A DNA stretch of 64,000 bases, taken from the NCBI GenBank assembly GCA_041657885.1, contig JBBABB010000002.1, forward strand, positions 25,483-89,482. The letters are read 5' to 3'. The notes beneath the pieces were generated by a model. It did not search any database. It was not told the origin of the DNA and worked only from the letters and a program-made list of their open reading frames with translations. The DNA comes from Minisyncoccota bacterium. GTDB lineage: Bacteria; Patescibacteriota; Minisyncoccia; Phycocordibacterales; UBA9973. Below are positions 38,642 through 49,400 of the stretch, in pieces. Position numbers and translations under genes: made by a program. Positions within the stretch are counted from its first letter, which is position 1, and each line of letters begins with the position of its first letter.

Positions 38642-39766
38642 TTACACCGGTGGTCTCATCTTTGACCCATTTGCATTTTCAACTTCAAAGTCCAAATGTG
38701 GACCTGTTGAACGTCCAGTATTTCCTATTTTACCAATTTGTTTTCCTTGAGAAACTTGTTGTCCAACAAATACAGATACTTTAGATAAGTGAGAATATCT
38801 TGTCCTTGTTCCATTTAGGTGCTCAATAACAATCTGATTTCCATAACGCCCACCGCAACTCCTTACTCCTTCTTTACATCCACTAACTACACTAACAACT
38901 ATACCAGAAGCCGCTGCAACTACAGGAGTTCCTCTTTTATTGCCTATATCTATACCATAATGGAATCCTCCTTTTCTTGAACCATAAGGTGAAGTAATTG
39001 GACCAGGAGCAGGTCGAATATAATATCCTGATTGAACTTTTGTATTAGATACTATTTTACCAGAGCCAGAAGATGTTGGCTGGGAAACAACTGATTTAAT
39101 AATACCGTTTGGTACGAAAATTATATCCCCCAGTTTAAGAGTATCCCCATTTGAAATACCATTAAAAATCGTTATGTCTTCTATTTCTGCCTCATATTTA
39201 TCGGCAATTTTACTTATAGTATCACCACTTTTAACAATATGTTTGACCCCGGTAACAGGCAAAATGTTAAGTTTTTGTCCAACCGAGATAGTCTGTCCAG
39301 AAATGTTGTTTTCCCAACGGATAGTGTTTGTAGAGATATTAAACTTTTCTGCTATTTCAGAAAGGGTGTCTTTTTCTTTTACTGTATAAACATTTATTTG
39401 GTCAGACAATGGACTTTTTTCTAAATTGAGTAAACTCACATCTATTTCTGATAATCCATCATTATAAATAAAAGAGTCATTCTGCACAATTACGATATCT
39501 TCCGATTTATTTGTATTTTTGAGGTCTGGGTTAATAGAAGTTTCAAGAAGAGGAATGGTTTGTGAGTTGTGAACAACATTATTACTACTCTCTGGACTGT
39601 CTGTTGTTTCGTTGGCCTGTACTTGCTCTCCTCCAAAAACCGTTGTAGTTACATCAGAAAAAAAGCCAGCATTCACCATTAAAGGAGTGCCAGCAATAAG
39701 CGAAATAGCTATAAAAAAAGAAGAAACCTTAACGATATAAGGCTTGGGAAATAAGGATATTTTCAT
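38642..39766 (-). CDS. LysM x2 plus M23 peptidase
   Basis: YTVKEKDTLSEIA, HIVKSGDTISKIA, HYGID, YSHL, GRSTGPHLDF. Confidence 0.93.
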   Translation of the reverse strand: MKISLFPKPYIVKVSSFFIAISLIAGTPLMVNAGFFSDVTTTVFGGEQVQANETTDSPESSNNVVHNSQTIPLLETSINPDLKNTNKSEDIVIVQNDSFIYNDGLSEIDVSLLNLEKSPLSDQINVYTVKEKDTLSEIAEKFNISTNTIRWENNISGQTISVGQKLNILPVTGVKHIVKSGDTISKIADKYEAEIEDITIFNGISNGDTLKLGDIIFVPNGIIKSVVSQPTSSGSGKIVSNTKVQSGYYIRPAPGPITSPYGSRKGGFHYGIDIGNKRGTPVVAAASGIVVSVVSGCKEGVRSCGGRYGNQIVIEHLNGTRTRYSHLSKVSVFVGQQVSQGKQIGKIGNTGRSTGPHLDFEVENANGSKMRPPV

Positions 39767-40136
39767 CTTACAGCCATTTTGACTAGCAGAATCGCCTAAA
39801 GAATCTTGTGTTTTTAGTTGAATAAGCCTAATTAAATAACTACACTATTTTACCCCTTGGTTAGGAACCACAGTACGACCGCATAAGCGAGGGCTGTAAT
39901 TGTTAAGTAAAACAAGCATAATTGTTACAATCGTCTCAGGAAAGCTTGAAAAATATAGCTTTTTTCGGATTCTCTGCACCATAAGACCCATACCAGAGGC
40001 CCTATCTCTATAAAGGGTAGCCCATATGGAAATGATAGTCAACCGAGTAATCCACAGGTAATCCACATGGGTGTTATTAGAACATATAATCAAAATTAGA
40101 CAAGAAATTAAATCCGGTGGTATAATATACTTGTAT

Positions 40137-42077
40137 ATGAAAAATCTAGACAAAAATAGAATTGAATTGGCACAAATAGAAGATGCTCCTGATAAAATAC
40201 CATGGAAATTAACTGAAATAGAAAAAGGAATGGCAGAGAAAGTTCCTTTTGAAGAAATAAATAAGGATGAAGAATCTTGGACAGGTCAAGATGAAAAAAT
40301 ATTAAATGAGTTGCTGATTTTTATTAAAAATATAGAAATCCATATAGCAGAAATAGACACTGAGTTGAATATAATAAAAAAAGAAATAAAAAGTCCTATA
40401 ACTGTAAATAACGAAACAAAAGGAGTAAAGGATTATTCAACAGATTTTATAAAAGAGAAAATTTTACCCCTTTTAGAAAAAAATAAAGAAATAGATGAAA
40501 TCATAAGTTTTGAAATAAAAGGAATTGGTAAAGAAATAAGACTAAACATAGTAGTAAAAAGTTATGGCTTTAATATAAAAGTACAAGTAACTTTTGAAAA
40601 CAAAGGGGATGGTGTTGCAGTAAAAGATGATTATATAATTGACGCAAAATGGCCAGTAAAAGGAAAAGCAGAAAAAGAATTAGTACCACAACTTGGTAAA
40701 GTTTCTGAAATGTTAAAAATGTATATAGAAAAAGAAGGGGGTAAAAAAATTGAAAAAATTTGGATTGAAGATGGAAAGTTAAAAGCACTATCTAAAACAA
40801 AAAAAGAACTAGAGAAAGAAAAAACGGAACAGCTTGAAATCCTTGCGAGAGTAAAAAAGGGAGTAGAAGATTTGTTGGCTAAAAAAAATAAAGCGGTAGG
40901 TACAAATAAAAATATTATGAAAGGAAAAGACCCAGAAGTGGATTCTGTGGTTGATGAAGACGAGGTGAGAGTAGATAACCCTAAAGATGGAAAAGAAAAA
41001 AAACAAGCCCGAGATCGTAAACTTTTAAAAGCAGTTGTTGGTGGAGCAATCATAATGGCTAGTGGATATTTTGCATATTACTTTGTGGGCAATAAAAGAT
41101 TACCTGTAAATAAAGATCATAATACTGCCGTTGGTCAAGATCCAGAAAATAAATTAATTAAAACTTATTCATATCCTACTGGTAAATCTGAAGAAATAAT
41201 AGATACTGGAACAAAAGAGACCAAAGATGTAACCGTCAAAAATAGTGAAAATATTAACCAAGTAGAAGAAATTGAAAAACCAAAAGTTGTAGTTGATACA
41301 ACAACTCTTAACAATCAAAATATATCATCAGAAAAATTTGTAGAAATTAATAATGACTCAATAAAAACACCCGATGTTATTATTTCTCATTATTCAGGTG
41401 GAGTATTGGGTAGACTTGAACAGGCGTATGATCAAAATATAAAACATCTTTTCCCTAATAACATAAATAATCATGCGTGGGATAATGTAAAAGGTAAAAG
41501 TCCAAATGATTTGTTTAAACTTGAGAAAGAAGGAGGTCTAAACGAAATGTACAAACCATTAGCTGTTTATCTTCACAAGCTTGAAATAACCACGGGTCTT
41601 TCTCCAGAAAATGAAACAACATCTGAATACATGAATCGTGGATTAGAAAAAGCCTATGAAATGGGAAGATTAAAAAATGTAGAATTATTGGATGCCCCGA
41701 AAATCGAAGTTGAGCAAATTCCAAGCAATAATATAACCCCCGAAGAAATTTTCAAAATAACGGGTGTTAAAGAATTAAATGTTGGTGAATTAAAAGACTG
41801 GGAAAATATAATTAAGGGGTATGAAGCTGATGGGTATAAGGATATTTATGGACAACTACCTTTTAAAACGAAAATGGACGGGGTTGAGTTAAAAGAATTG
41901 CACGCGGTTGCAATAGAAAATAATGCCATGACACAAGAAGCAGTAAAAGTCGCATCAAATGCTAAAATGGATAATGTTATGGAATTAATAAACGGCAAAG
42001 AATTTTATGATTATTATCTTGAAAAAATAACACCAGATAAGAGGATTAAACTAATACATATCAAGTTTTATAAATAG
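40137..42077 (+). CDS. Large charged hypothetical protein with a central TM helix
   Basis: Start placed at MKNLDK; TM AVVGGAIIMASGYFAYYFV. Confidence 0.7.
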   Translation: MKNLDKNRIELAQIEDAPDKIPWKLTEIEKGMAEKVPFEEINKDEESWTGQDEKILNELLIFIKNIEIHIAEIDTELNIIKKEIKSPITVNNETKGVKDYSTDFIKEKILPLLEKNKEIDEIISFEIKGIGKEIRLNIVVKSYGFNIKVQVTFENKGDGVAVKDDYIIDAKWPVKGKAEKELVPQLGKVSEMLKMYIEKEGGKKIEKIWIEDGKLKALSKTKKELEKEKTEQLEILARVKKGVEDLLAKKNKAVGTNKNIMKGKDPEVDSVVDEDEVRVDNPKDGKEKKQARDRKLLKAVVGGAIIMASGYFAYYFVGNKRLPVNKDHNTAVGQDPENKLIKTYSYPTGKSEEIIDTGTKETKDVTVKNSENINQVEEIEKPKVVVDTTTLNNQNISSEKFVEINNDSIKTPDVIISHYSGGVLGRLEQAYDQNIKHLFPNNINNHAWDNVKGKSPNDLFKLEKEGGLNEMYKPLAVYLHKLEITTGLSPENETTSEYMNRGLEKAYEMGRLKNVELLDAPKIEVEQIPSNNITPEEIFKITGVKELNVGELKDWENIIKGYEADGYKDIYGQLPFKTKMDGVELKELHAVAIENNAMTQEAVKVASNAKMDNVMELINGKEFYDYYLEKITPDKRIKLIHIKFYK

Positions 42078-42107
42078 GTTTAAACTACAATTAATAATAA
42101 AAAATAT

Positions 42108-42416
42108 ATGTTCAATCAAATAAATAAAAATATAGTTGTAATCCTAGGAATTAATACTTTGCCTGTCGAACAACAAAAAGAGGCCATGGAGCGTCTTGGT
42201 GCTATTGTTTATCAAGAGGTAATGTTGCGTGTTCTTGATATTTTAACAGAAGAAGACAAAGATGAATTTGAGAAATTAATTGAGAAAGATCCAAACCCAG
42301 AAATGATGTTTGAGTTTTTATCAAATAAAATATCAAATTTTGAAGAAATAGTAAAAGAAGAAGCAGAAAAGTTAAGAGAAGAAAGTGCAGAAATCATAAG
42401 CGAAATAGGGAAATAA
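42108..42416 (+). CDS. Small acidic helical protein (DUF5663-like)
   Basis: LGI..LP.E.Q.E......RV...L.EED..EFEKL pattern. Confidence 0.65.
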   Translation: MFNQINKNIVVILGINTLPVEQQKEAMERLGAIVYQEVMLRVLDILTEEDKDEFEKLIEKDPNPEMMFEFLSNKISNFEEIVKEEAEKLREESAEIISEIGK

Positions 42417-42434
42417 AATGCTACAATAGGAGTC

Positions 42435-44456
42435 ATGCGATATCTTGATTCTTTGAATGAAAAACAAAAAGAGGCAGTTCTTTATACGGATGGGCCTCTT
42501 TTGATTGTAGCTGGGGCTGGAGCAGGGAAGACGAAAACATTGACTCACCGAATAATTCACCTTATCCACAAAGGAGTAAACCCGAGCTCAATATTGGCAG
42601 TAACCTTTACAAATAAGGCCGCAAAGGAAATGCGGGATAGGGTTATGGGATTGTTGGAAGATAGGGAGCATGGAGTTAGTGCGCCCGAGCGAAGCGAGGG
42701 CGCCCCATTCGTCTCCACCTTTCACTCACTTGGGGTTCATATTATAAAAGAAAATTCTCATTTGATAGGTTTGAATAAATATTTCACGATTATAGACGAG
42801 AGCGATGCGCTGAGCATCATCAAAAGCATAATGAAAGAACGCGACATAGATACAAAACAACATGAGCCAAGAAAAATAAAATCAATTATTTCAAAGTCAA
42901 AAGGTGACTTTATTACAGTAGATACATTTAGTGCCAATGCAAAAAGTGCTGTGCAAAGTATCGTCGCAATGATTTGGCGAGATTATGAAGCAAGATTGAA
43001 AAAAGAAAAAGCATTGGACTTCGACGATTTACTTCTTGAGACAGTTTTGATTTTAAAAAAATATCCGGAGATAAAACAAAAATATCAAGAGGAGTGGAAA
43101 TATCTTCATATAGATGAGTACCAAGATACGAACGAAGTTCAATATGAAATGACAAAACTTTTAGTCGGAAAAGAAGAAAATATTTGTGTTACGGGAGATT
43201 GCGATCAATGTGTGTATTCATGGCGAGGTGCTAGCATCAAAAACATGTTGCACTTTGAAAAAGATTATCCAAACGCCAAGATAGTAATACTCGAACAAAA
43301 TTACCGCTCAACAAAAAATATTATTGAAGCGGCAAATAGTGTTATTGAGAAAAATGTTTATCGCGTGCCTAAAATTTTATTTACGGAAAATGTGAAAGGG
43401 GAGGAGATTACGATTTGCGAAGCTTATGATGAACAAAGTGAAGCAATATTTGTGGTAAAAAAGATAGACGAATTTTTAAAAGAAAATAATCCCGAAGATA
43501 TCGCGATACTTTATCGTGCAAACTTTCAATCAAGAGTTTTAGAAGAGGCATTACTTGATAAACAAATTCCTTATCAAGTACTTGGAGTAAAATTCTTTGA
43601 ACGAAAAGAAATTAAAGATTTGCTCGCATACATTCGCCTCTCTTACAATAAAGAAAGTTTGTCGGACATAAAAAGAATAATAAATATTCCAACTCGTGGA
43701 ATAGGGAAGACCACAATCGCAAAACTTTTTGCGGGGACTACAAATGATTTACCAAAAGGAATGCAAATAAAAATTGGAAAATTCTATGAGCTTGTTGACG
43801 GCATACGATTGTATATTGACTCTCATAAACCATCTGAATCTGTGAAATACGTGATAGAGAAAAGTGGACTAAAAGAGGAGCTTTCTCACGGCACGAGCGA
43901 CGAACAAGAACGCTTGGAAAATATGATGGAATTGGTAACTTTAGCTATAAAATATGACAATATTCCAGACGGTGAAGGAATGGAAAAACTACTTGAAGAT
44001 GCATCTCTTGCAAGCGACCAAGACACTCTGATGCACCCCATTAAAAACCGCGAGGGATCACAAGGACCCTCTGTTTCTAACGGGACAGGTAAGGGAAATG
44101 GCGTGAAGTTAATGACAGTGCATGCATCGAAAGGTCTTGAGTTTAAATATGTTTTCATCACGGGGCTTGAACAAGATTTATTCCCACATACAAAAGGAAA
44201 TTCAAAAACAAAAGAAGACAACGAGGAAGAGAGAAGATTATTTTACGTGGCCGTCACTCGAGCAAGGGAAAAATTATTTTTATCTTATGCATCACTCCGA
44301 ACAATTTTTGGAATGAAACAAGTGAACAGCCCAAGCGAATTCATTTACGATATTCCCGCACACTTAACAATTTTTGAACAAGCATATTCTTCAAGGGGAC
44401 CTGCCCGCCCTCACAAAGATTCGGGAGCAGGCGGGGAGAAAGTGGTGTATTTATAG
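42435..44456 (+). CDS. pcrA: PcrA/UvrD DNA helicase (three palindromic inserts)
   Basis: AGAGAGKT, FTNKAA, IDEYQD, QNYRST, TVHASKGLEF, EERRLFYVAVTRA. Confidence 0.96.
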   Translation: MRYLDSLNEKQKEAVLYTDGPLLIVAGAGAGKTKTLTHRIIHLIHKGVNPSSILAVTFTNKAAKEMRDRVMGLLEDREHGVSAPERSEGAPFVSTFHSLGVHIIKENSHLIGLNKYFTIIDESDALSIIKSIMKERDIDTKQHEPRKIKSIISKSKGDFITVDTFSANAKSAVQSIVAMIWRDYEARLKKEKALDFDDLLLETVLILKKYPEIKQKYQEEWKYLHIDEYQDTNEVQYEMTKLLVGKEENICVTGDCDQCVYSWRGASIKNMLHFEKDYPNAKIVILEQNYRSTKNIIEAANSVIEKNVYRVPKILFTENVKGEEITICEAYDEQSEAIFVVKKIDEFLKENNPEDIAILYRANFQSRVLEEALLDKQIPYQVLGVKFFERKEIKDLLAYIRLSYNKESLSDIKRIINIPTRGIGKTTIAKLFAGTTNDLPKGMQIKIGKFYELVDGIRLYIDSHKPSESVKYVIEKSGLKEELSHGTSDEQERLENMMELVTLAIKYDNIPDGEGMEKLLEDASLASDQDTLMHPIKNREGSQGPSVSNGTGKGNGVKLMTVHASKGLEFKYVFITGLEQDLFPHTKGNSKTKEDNEEERRLFYVAVTRAREKLFLSYASLRTIFGMKQVNSPSEFIYDIPAHLTIFEQAYSSRGPARPHKDSGAGGEKVVYL

Positions 44457-44557
44457 ATTCCCCTCGTTGAGGGGTGCCCGTAGGGTGGGGTGGATTTAAT
44501 TAATTAACCCATCCACCCCGTCCTCTGGTTACAGAGTCCACCCCTCAAGAGGGGAAT
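44457..44557. repeat. ATTCCCCTC-family composite palindrome
   Basis: ATTCCCCTCGTTGAGGGGTG...CACCCCTCAAGAGGGGAAT; shorter sister copy at 56986-57040. Confidence 0.75.
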
Positions 44558-44589
44558 TAATACAGAAAATTTGTGTTAATATTATTTGT

Positions 44590-45477
44590 ATGATTCATAA
44601 AGCGAAAAAATCAATGGGGCAGAATTTTCTTAAGTCCAAACCGGCACTCAATATGATGTGCGAGGCAGGAGAGGTAAATAACTCCGATACTATTCTTGAA
44701 ATTGGTCCGGGGAAAGGAGTACTGACAGAAAAACTTTTAGAAAAGGCGGGGAAGGTGATAGCGATTGAAAAAGACCGAGAACTATTTGAATTTTTAAAAG
44801 AAAAATTTGGAGAAGAAATAAAAAATAAAAAATTAATTTTATTAAATGAAGATATATTACAGTTTGAGTTCCCCTCCCCTTTGGGGAGGGCTGGGGAGGG
44901 GTTCCTAATTAAGAACCTCCCCTCATTCCCCTCCAAAGGAGGGGAGGAAATCAATTCTTATAAAATCATCGCCAACATTCCGTATAATATTACCGGCTCA
45001 ATTTTAAAAAAGTTTCTATCTTGCGAGAATCAACCAGAAAGAATGGTTCTCTTAGTGCAAAAAGAAGTCGCGGAAAGAATTGTCACTCGCGATGGCAAAG
45101 AAAGTATTTTGTCACTAAGCGTGAAGGCATACGGGACTCCGAAATACATAATGAAGGTTCATAAGCGATTTTTCTCACCAGCTCCTAAAGTAGATTCGGC
45201 TATTATTGCAATCAATAATATTTCTAGACAGAATTTTCATACAAAAAATGAAGAAAATGTGTTTTTTGGCTTGGTTAAAACAGGTTTTGCTCACAAAAGA
45301 AAAGTTCTTCGTAAAAATCTGGAAACTAAGGAAGTCGGACCCTCCTCGTCGGCGGGCATGCTTCCAAAGATTGATGAGATTTTTGAAAAATTAGGAATTA
45401 ATCCGAATGCTCGCGCCGAGGATATCAAGTTCGAAAAATGGCTTCTGATTTCTCGTCTTTTATCCACAGATATCTAG
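44590..45477 (+). CDS. rsmA: 16S rRNA dimethyltransferase RsmA/KsgA (two palindromic inserts)
   Basis: GQNFL, LEIGPGKG, IANIPYNIT, FSPAPKVDSA. Confidence 0.96.
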   Translation: MIHKAKKSMGQNFLKSKPALNMMCEAGEVNNSDTILEIGPGKGVLTEKLLEKAGKVIAIEKDRELFEFLKEKFGEEIKNKKLILLNEDILQFEFPSPLGRAGEGFLIKNLPSFPSKGGEEINSYKIIANIPYNITGSILKKFLSCENQPERMVLLVQKEVAERIVTRDGKESILSLSVKAYGTPKYIMKVHKRFFSPAPKVDSAIIAINNISRQNFHTKNEENVFFGLVKTGFAHKRKVLRKNLETKEVGPSSSAGMLPKIDEIFEKLGINPNARAEDIKFEKWLLISRLLSTDI

Positions 45478-45555
45478 GATATTTTAATAAAAAGTTGTAT
45501 AATTTACTCGTAAAAAGAAAATCGTGAAAAGTGAACAGTTGTAATCCGTGTCAAT

Positions 45556-46452
45556 ATGAATAACTTTAAAAAATATCTTCCGAGTAAAAGTTTTTTTGCA
45601 GTTATTATCTCTATTATTGTATTAATAGGTTTGTTTTTCGGCATATTTTTTGGAATTAAAGGAATTATATCTTTATTTAAGAATAAAAAATTAGCAAAAG
45701 ATGGTAAACAAGTTGAGGTAACCGTGGGAGAAATTATCCAAAAAGATAGCAACGATAACGGTATCGCTGATTGGGAAGAGTATCTATGGGGTCTTGACCC
45801 GAAGAAAAGTGGACCAGAAAACAAAGATTTTATTTTAGCTAAGAAAAAAGCATTGGAAGAAAGTGGCGTTTTGGTTTCCGATGAGACTAAAACACTAACA
45901 GACAATGACATGCTTTCGCAAGAATTTTTCGCAACAATTATCTCCTTACAACAAACGGGTGACTTGAACACAGAGTCAATGAAATCTGTTGCGAAAGCTT
46001 TAGGGAAAAATATTGTGGCCGTTCCAATTCCTGATATTTATACAAATAATATGTTGACTGTAGAAAATGATTCTGCTACTGCAAACACCGCTTATCATGA
46101 GGCATTGGTAGAACTTATAACTAAATATAGTAATGCCGATATTGGAAGTGAGTTAACCTTTATCACTCAAGGGCTAAGCAATAAAGACCCAAGTGCACTT
46201 TATGCTGCCACAACCGTTGCTGATGCGTATAGAGCATTCGGAGAAGAACTTATCCAAATACCCGTTCCGAGGTCATTGTCTACCGCGCACTTAAGCGCCG
46301 CCAATAACTATGAAAAAGTAGGTCAGACAATAAATGACCTGGCAAAAATACTATCCGACCCGCTCATTGGGATGAAGGCAATTATCAGTTACAAAAATTA
46401 CAGTGACCTCTTGGCTTCTGACTTAGAAAAAATTTCAACAACTTTGCAATAG
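45556..46452 (+). CDS. Membrane-anchored protein with a thrombospondin-3-like Ca-binding motif
   Basis: N-terminal TM; DSNDNGIADWEE...GLDP. Confidence 0.7.
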   Translation: MNNFKKYLPSKSFFAVIISIIVLIGLFFGIFFGIKGIISLFKNKKLAKDGKQVEVTVGEIIQKDSNDNGIADWEEYLWGLDPKKSGPENKDFILAKKKALEESGVLVSDETKTLTDNDMLSQEFFATIISLQQTGDLNTESMKSVAKALGKNIVAVPIPDIYTNNMLTVENDSATANTAYHEALVELITKYSNADIGSELTFITQGLSNKDPSALYAATTVADAYRAFGEELIQIPVPRSLSTAHLSAANNYEKVGQTINDLAKILSDPLIGMKAIISYKNYSDLLASDLEKISTTLQ

Positions 46453-46487
46453 GTAGTAATAAAGTAGTATAATATCAGTAATTATTT

Positions 46488-49400
46488 ATGAGAAAACAAA
46501 CTATAACAAAAATAATTGGAGGTATGATTATCTTTGTTTTCGTTGTATCTTTTTTCCAATTTGCCCTACCTATACAGGCTACTACTACGACAAATCTGCC
46601 AGACCTTTACTCTAATCCAAACCAAACCAGTGCCAAAAATCCATATAAATTCACTTTGGCTTCCGTATTAAAATCTGGAATACTCCAAAATGTTATTGGT
46701 TGTACAGGTGTTGTAAATAAAGTTGCTACTTGGATGTCAACATTGCTACAATCTCCAGCACAAATAGCTAAAACTTTAAAAGCTAAAAAAGATAAAATCA
46801 AAGAACAATTAACAGCAACGTGTTTAGCTGTTAAAGCTGGAGCTCAAATAGCAGGACAAATTATCCCATCTATTGGAGGTCTTGCTCCCGCAATAGATAC
46901 TGCAATGGCAGGTGTAAAAATTGACGGAGTAGAAGTATGTAAGGCGCAAGCTGAAGTGACCGTCGACAAAATGACTGATGCACAAATTGAAGCAAATGAG
47001 AGAGAAGCGGCAAATACCTTAAAAGACCAATGCTTTGACGGTATCGCTATTATGCTTGCTAAGAATCAACTCACTTCTATGACCCGTAGTGCTATGAACT
47101 GGGTAAATACTGGGTACGGAGGCAATCCGTTCTTTGTCCAGAATGTACAGAATTTTGCAAATAAACTTGAACAAAATGTCGTAGAAACAGGAATAGATAT
47201 ATTACTCACACCAAAAAATCAAAACCCATATGCTAGTGATTTTGTTAAATCGGTTATAGCAAGTAGGGGCATAGGAAAAAGTTTTACTAGTTCTCTTTTT
47301 AATCTTAAATCCGACTTGGGAGCTTTTATAACAGACCCACAATCTTATTATACTGAAGAACATCTCAGTGATGCAGAAAAAACACAAATGGCACTCAGAA
47401 GAGCACAGGGTGCAAATAATGCTTTTGCGAATGATTTCTCTGTTGGTGGTTGGGATGGATGGCTTGCCTTAACCCAAAGAGACCAGAATAACCCTCTTGG
47501 TTTTACTATGCTTGCAAGCCAATATTTAGAAGAAGCCCAAACACAAGCAGTGGCTGAGAAAAAAGACGAGTTATTACAAAATAATGGATTTTTAAGTCAG
47601 AAAAAATGTGTTTTGTGGCAAGTGTATGGGGAAGACCATAAACCAAAATATGAGGAGGGTGGTTTTTCTCCATCAGGATTAGCTAAATCATCTTTTACAC
47701 CAATTACTCAAAAAACTAAACCATCTATATGTTATAAATCTGGTGGTGAATGTTGTGTAGAGTGGGAAGTAGTAACCCCCGGAAGTATCATCAAAGAGCA
47801 AACGGCAAATTATTTGGCTTCTCCACAGCGTCAACTTGAGCTTGTAAAAACAATAAACGATGGAATAAATGCTCTTTTTTCTTATTTAATTTCTGAATTA
47901 GAAAATGCCGGCCTTTCAGGACTTTCAGATTCTGTTGATAATCCAGCAAATTTTGACGATAATACAAACTTTATTAGTTCAGATGGAAATACTCCTTATG
48001 ATAACAATGGCGCTTATGATGGTTTCAATCTAACCCGTGACTTAGGAAATACTTATATACACACCACCCCAATAAAATTAGGAAATTGGCATGCTGATAC
48101 AAATGCAACAGATAGTGATTATGACAAAGATGATAATTACGATAATGGAAAATTATATCAAGGAGAAGCTCCTATAGATATTCCTAGTGGAAAAAGTGCT
48201 GTTGACTCATACTACACAGTAACGATAGCCGGAAAAACAGAACTTTTACTTGATGGTTATAATGGTTGGAATGAGGGAGACAGAGCATTTTGGGATGGAA
48301 GTGAGTGGCAAAATTGGAAGAAAGATGTGAAAGATGAAAGTGGAGTAATTCAAAAAACAAACCCTATAAAGAAAAGGGGAGTAATTCAAATTCAACAAGA
48401 TTATATTGTGGCAGCGACTGAGATACTAAAAGTTTTACCAAGTGTAATGACAAAGCTCGGCGAGCTTGATTATTGTATTCCCGGACCAAATCCAAGTTAT
48501 CTAACAAATTCCACAGATGCTCAGTCCGCATATCAGGATTGGGTTGGGTCGCTTTATGTTGGGCCAATAGATGCAGCAAGACAAGTTTATACAATAGACC
48601 ACCCAGGAGAAAGAACGTATGATAATTTAGCAAATATATTTACTGATAGTCCAAGCGTTTGGAAAACAATAAAAAATTCTATGGACTTTTTGTTAGAGAA
48701 TTTTGATAGTTATAAATATATAACTGGTAATATTTTTAGTGGTAGTAATAAAAAACAAAAAATAGTTGACAAAAAAAGAAACTTAATGGATGTTAACATG
48801 GATTATGCAAACAGTAGTCTCTTCCAAAATTTCTATGAGAACTTTGATAAAATGATGAATAAACTCTACTTCAACAATATGACTAGTATGTATAATGAGT
48901 ATGAGAATAGATCAATAACTTTACCGACAACAAATAGCACAGGGGATAAAAACTTAGGTTACATCCCAATGGCTGAAAGCGGGCTTGACCTGACAAAAAA
49001 TATAATGTACTACGCCGAGGATATAGCAAAAGTAACACAAGAGTATAGCGATGATATCGCCATAGCAAAAGTAAATATCGCCAAACTTGAACCAATTAAA
49101 GCGGAAGTGAGTAAAATTATAAAAGATGCACAAGACCGCCGTGATAAAAGATTGCTTGAGATAGTTAATAAAGAAATGTGTAATGAAAATTATACAAAAT
49201 GTATGCAAGATGGATTTGGTCTTACCGGCCAACAGAAATCAGCAATAGGGAATAGGGGTTCCTATTGTAATATAAACCAAACAACTTGTAATGAGAATGA
49301 GAAACCGGTGACAGATGCACAAGTAGCACAATACAAAGAAAAATATAAAGAATGTCTCGCTGAAGAAAATATGAATTTCTATGATGCAGATACAATAATG

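Noticed and set aside
39770-40070. Riboswitch upstream of the LysM/M23 gene, and the 102-aa ORF at 39845
   Set aside because: No recognisable aptamer consensus by eye and the ORF has no protein-like features; an Rfam search would settle it
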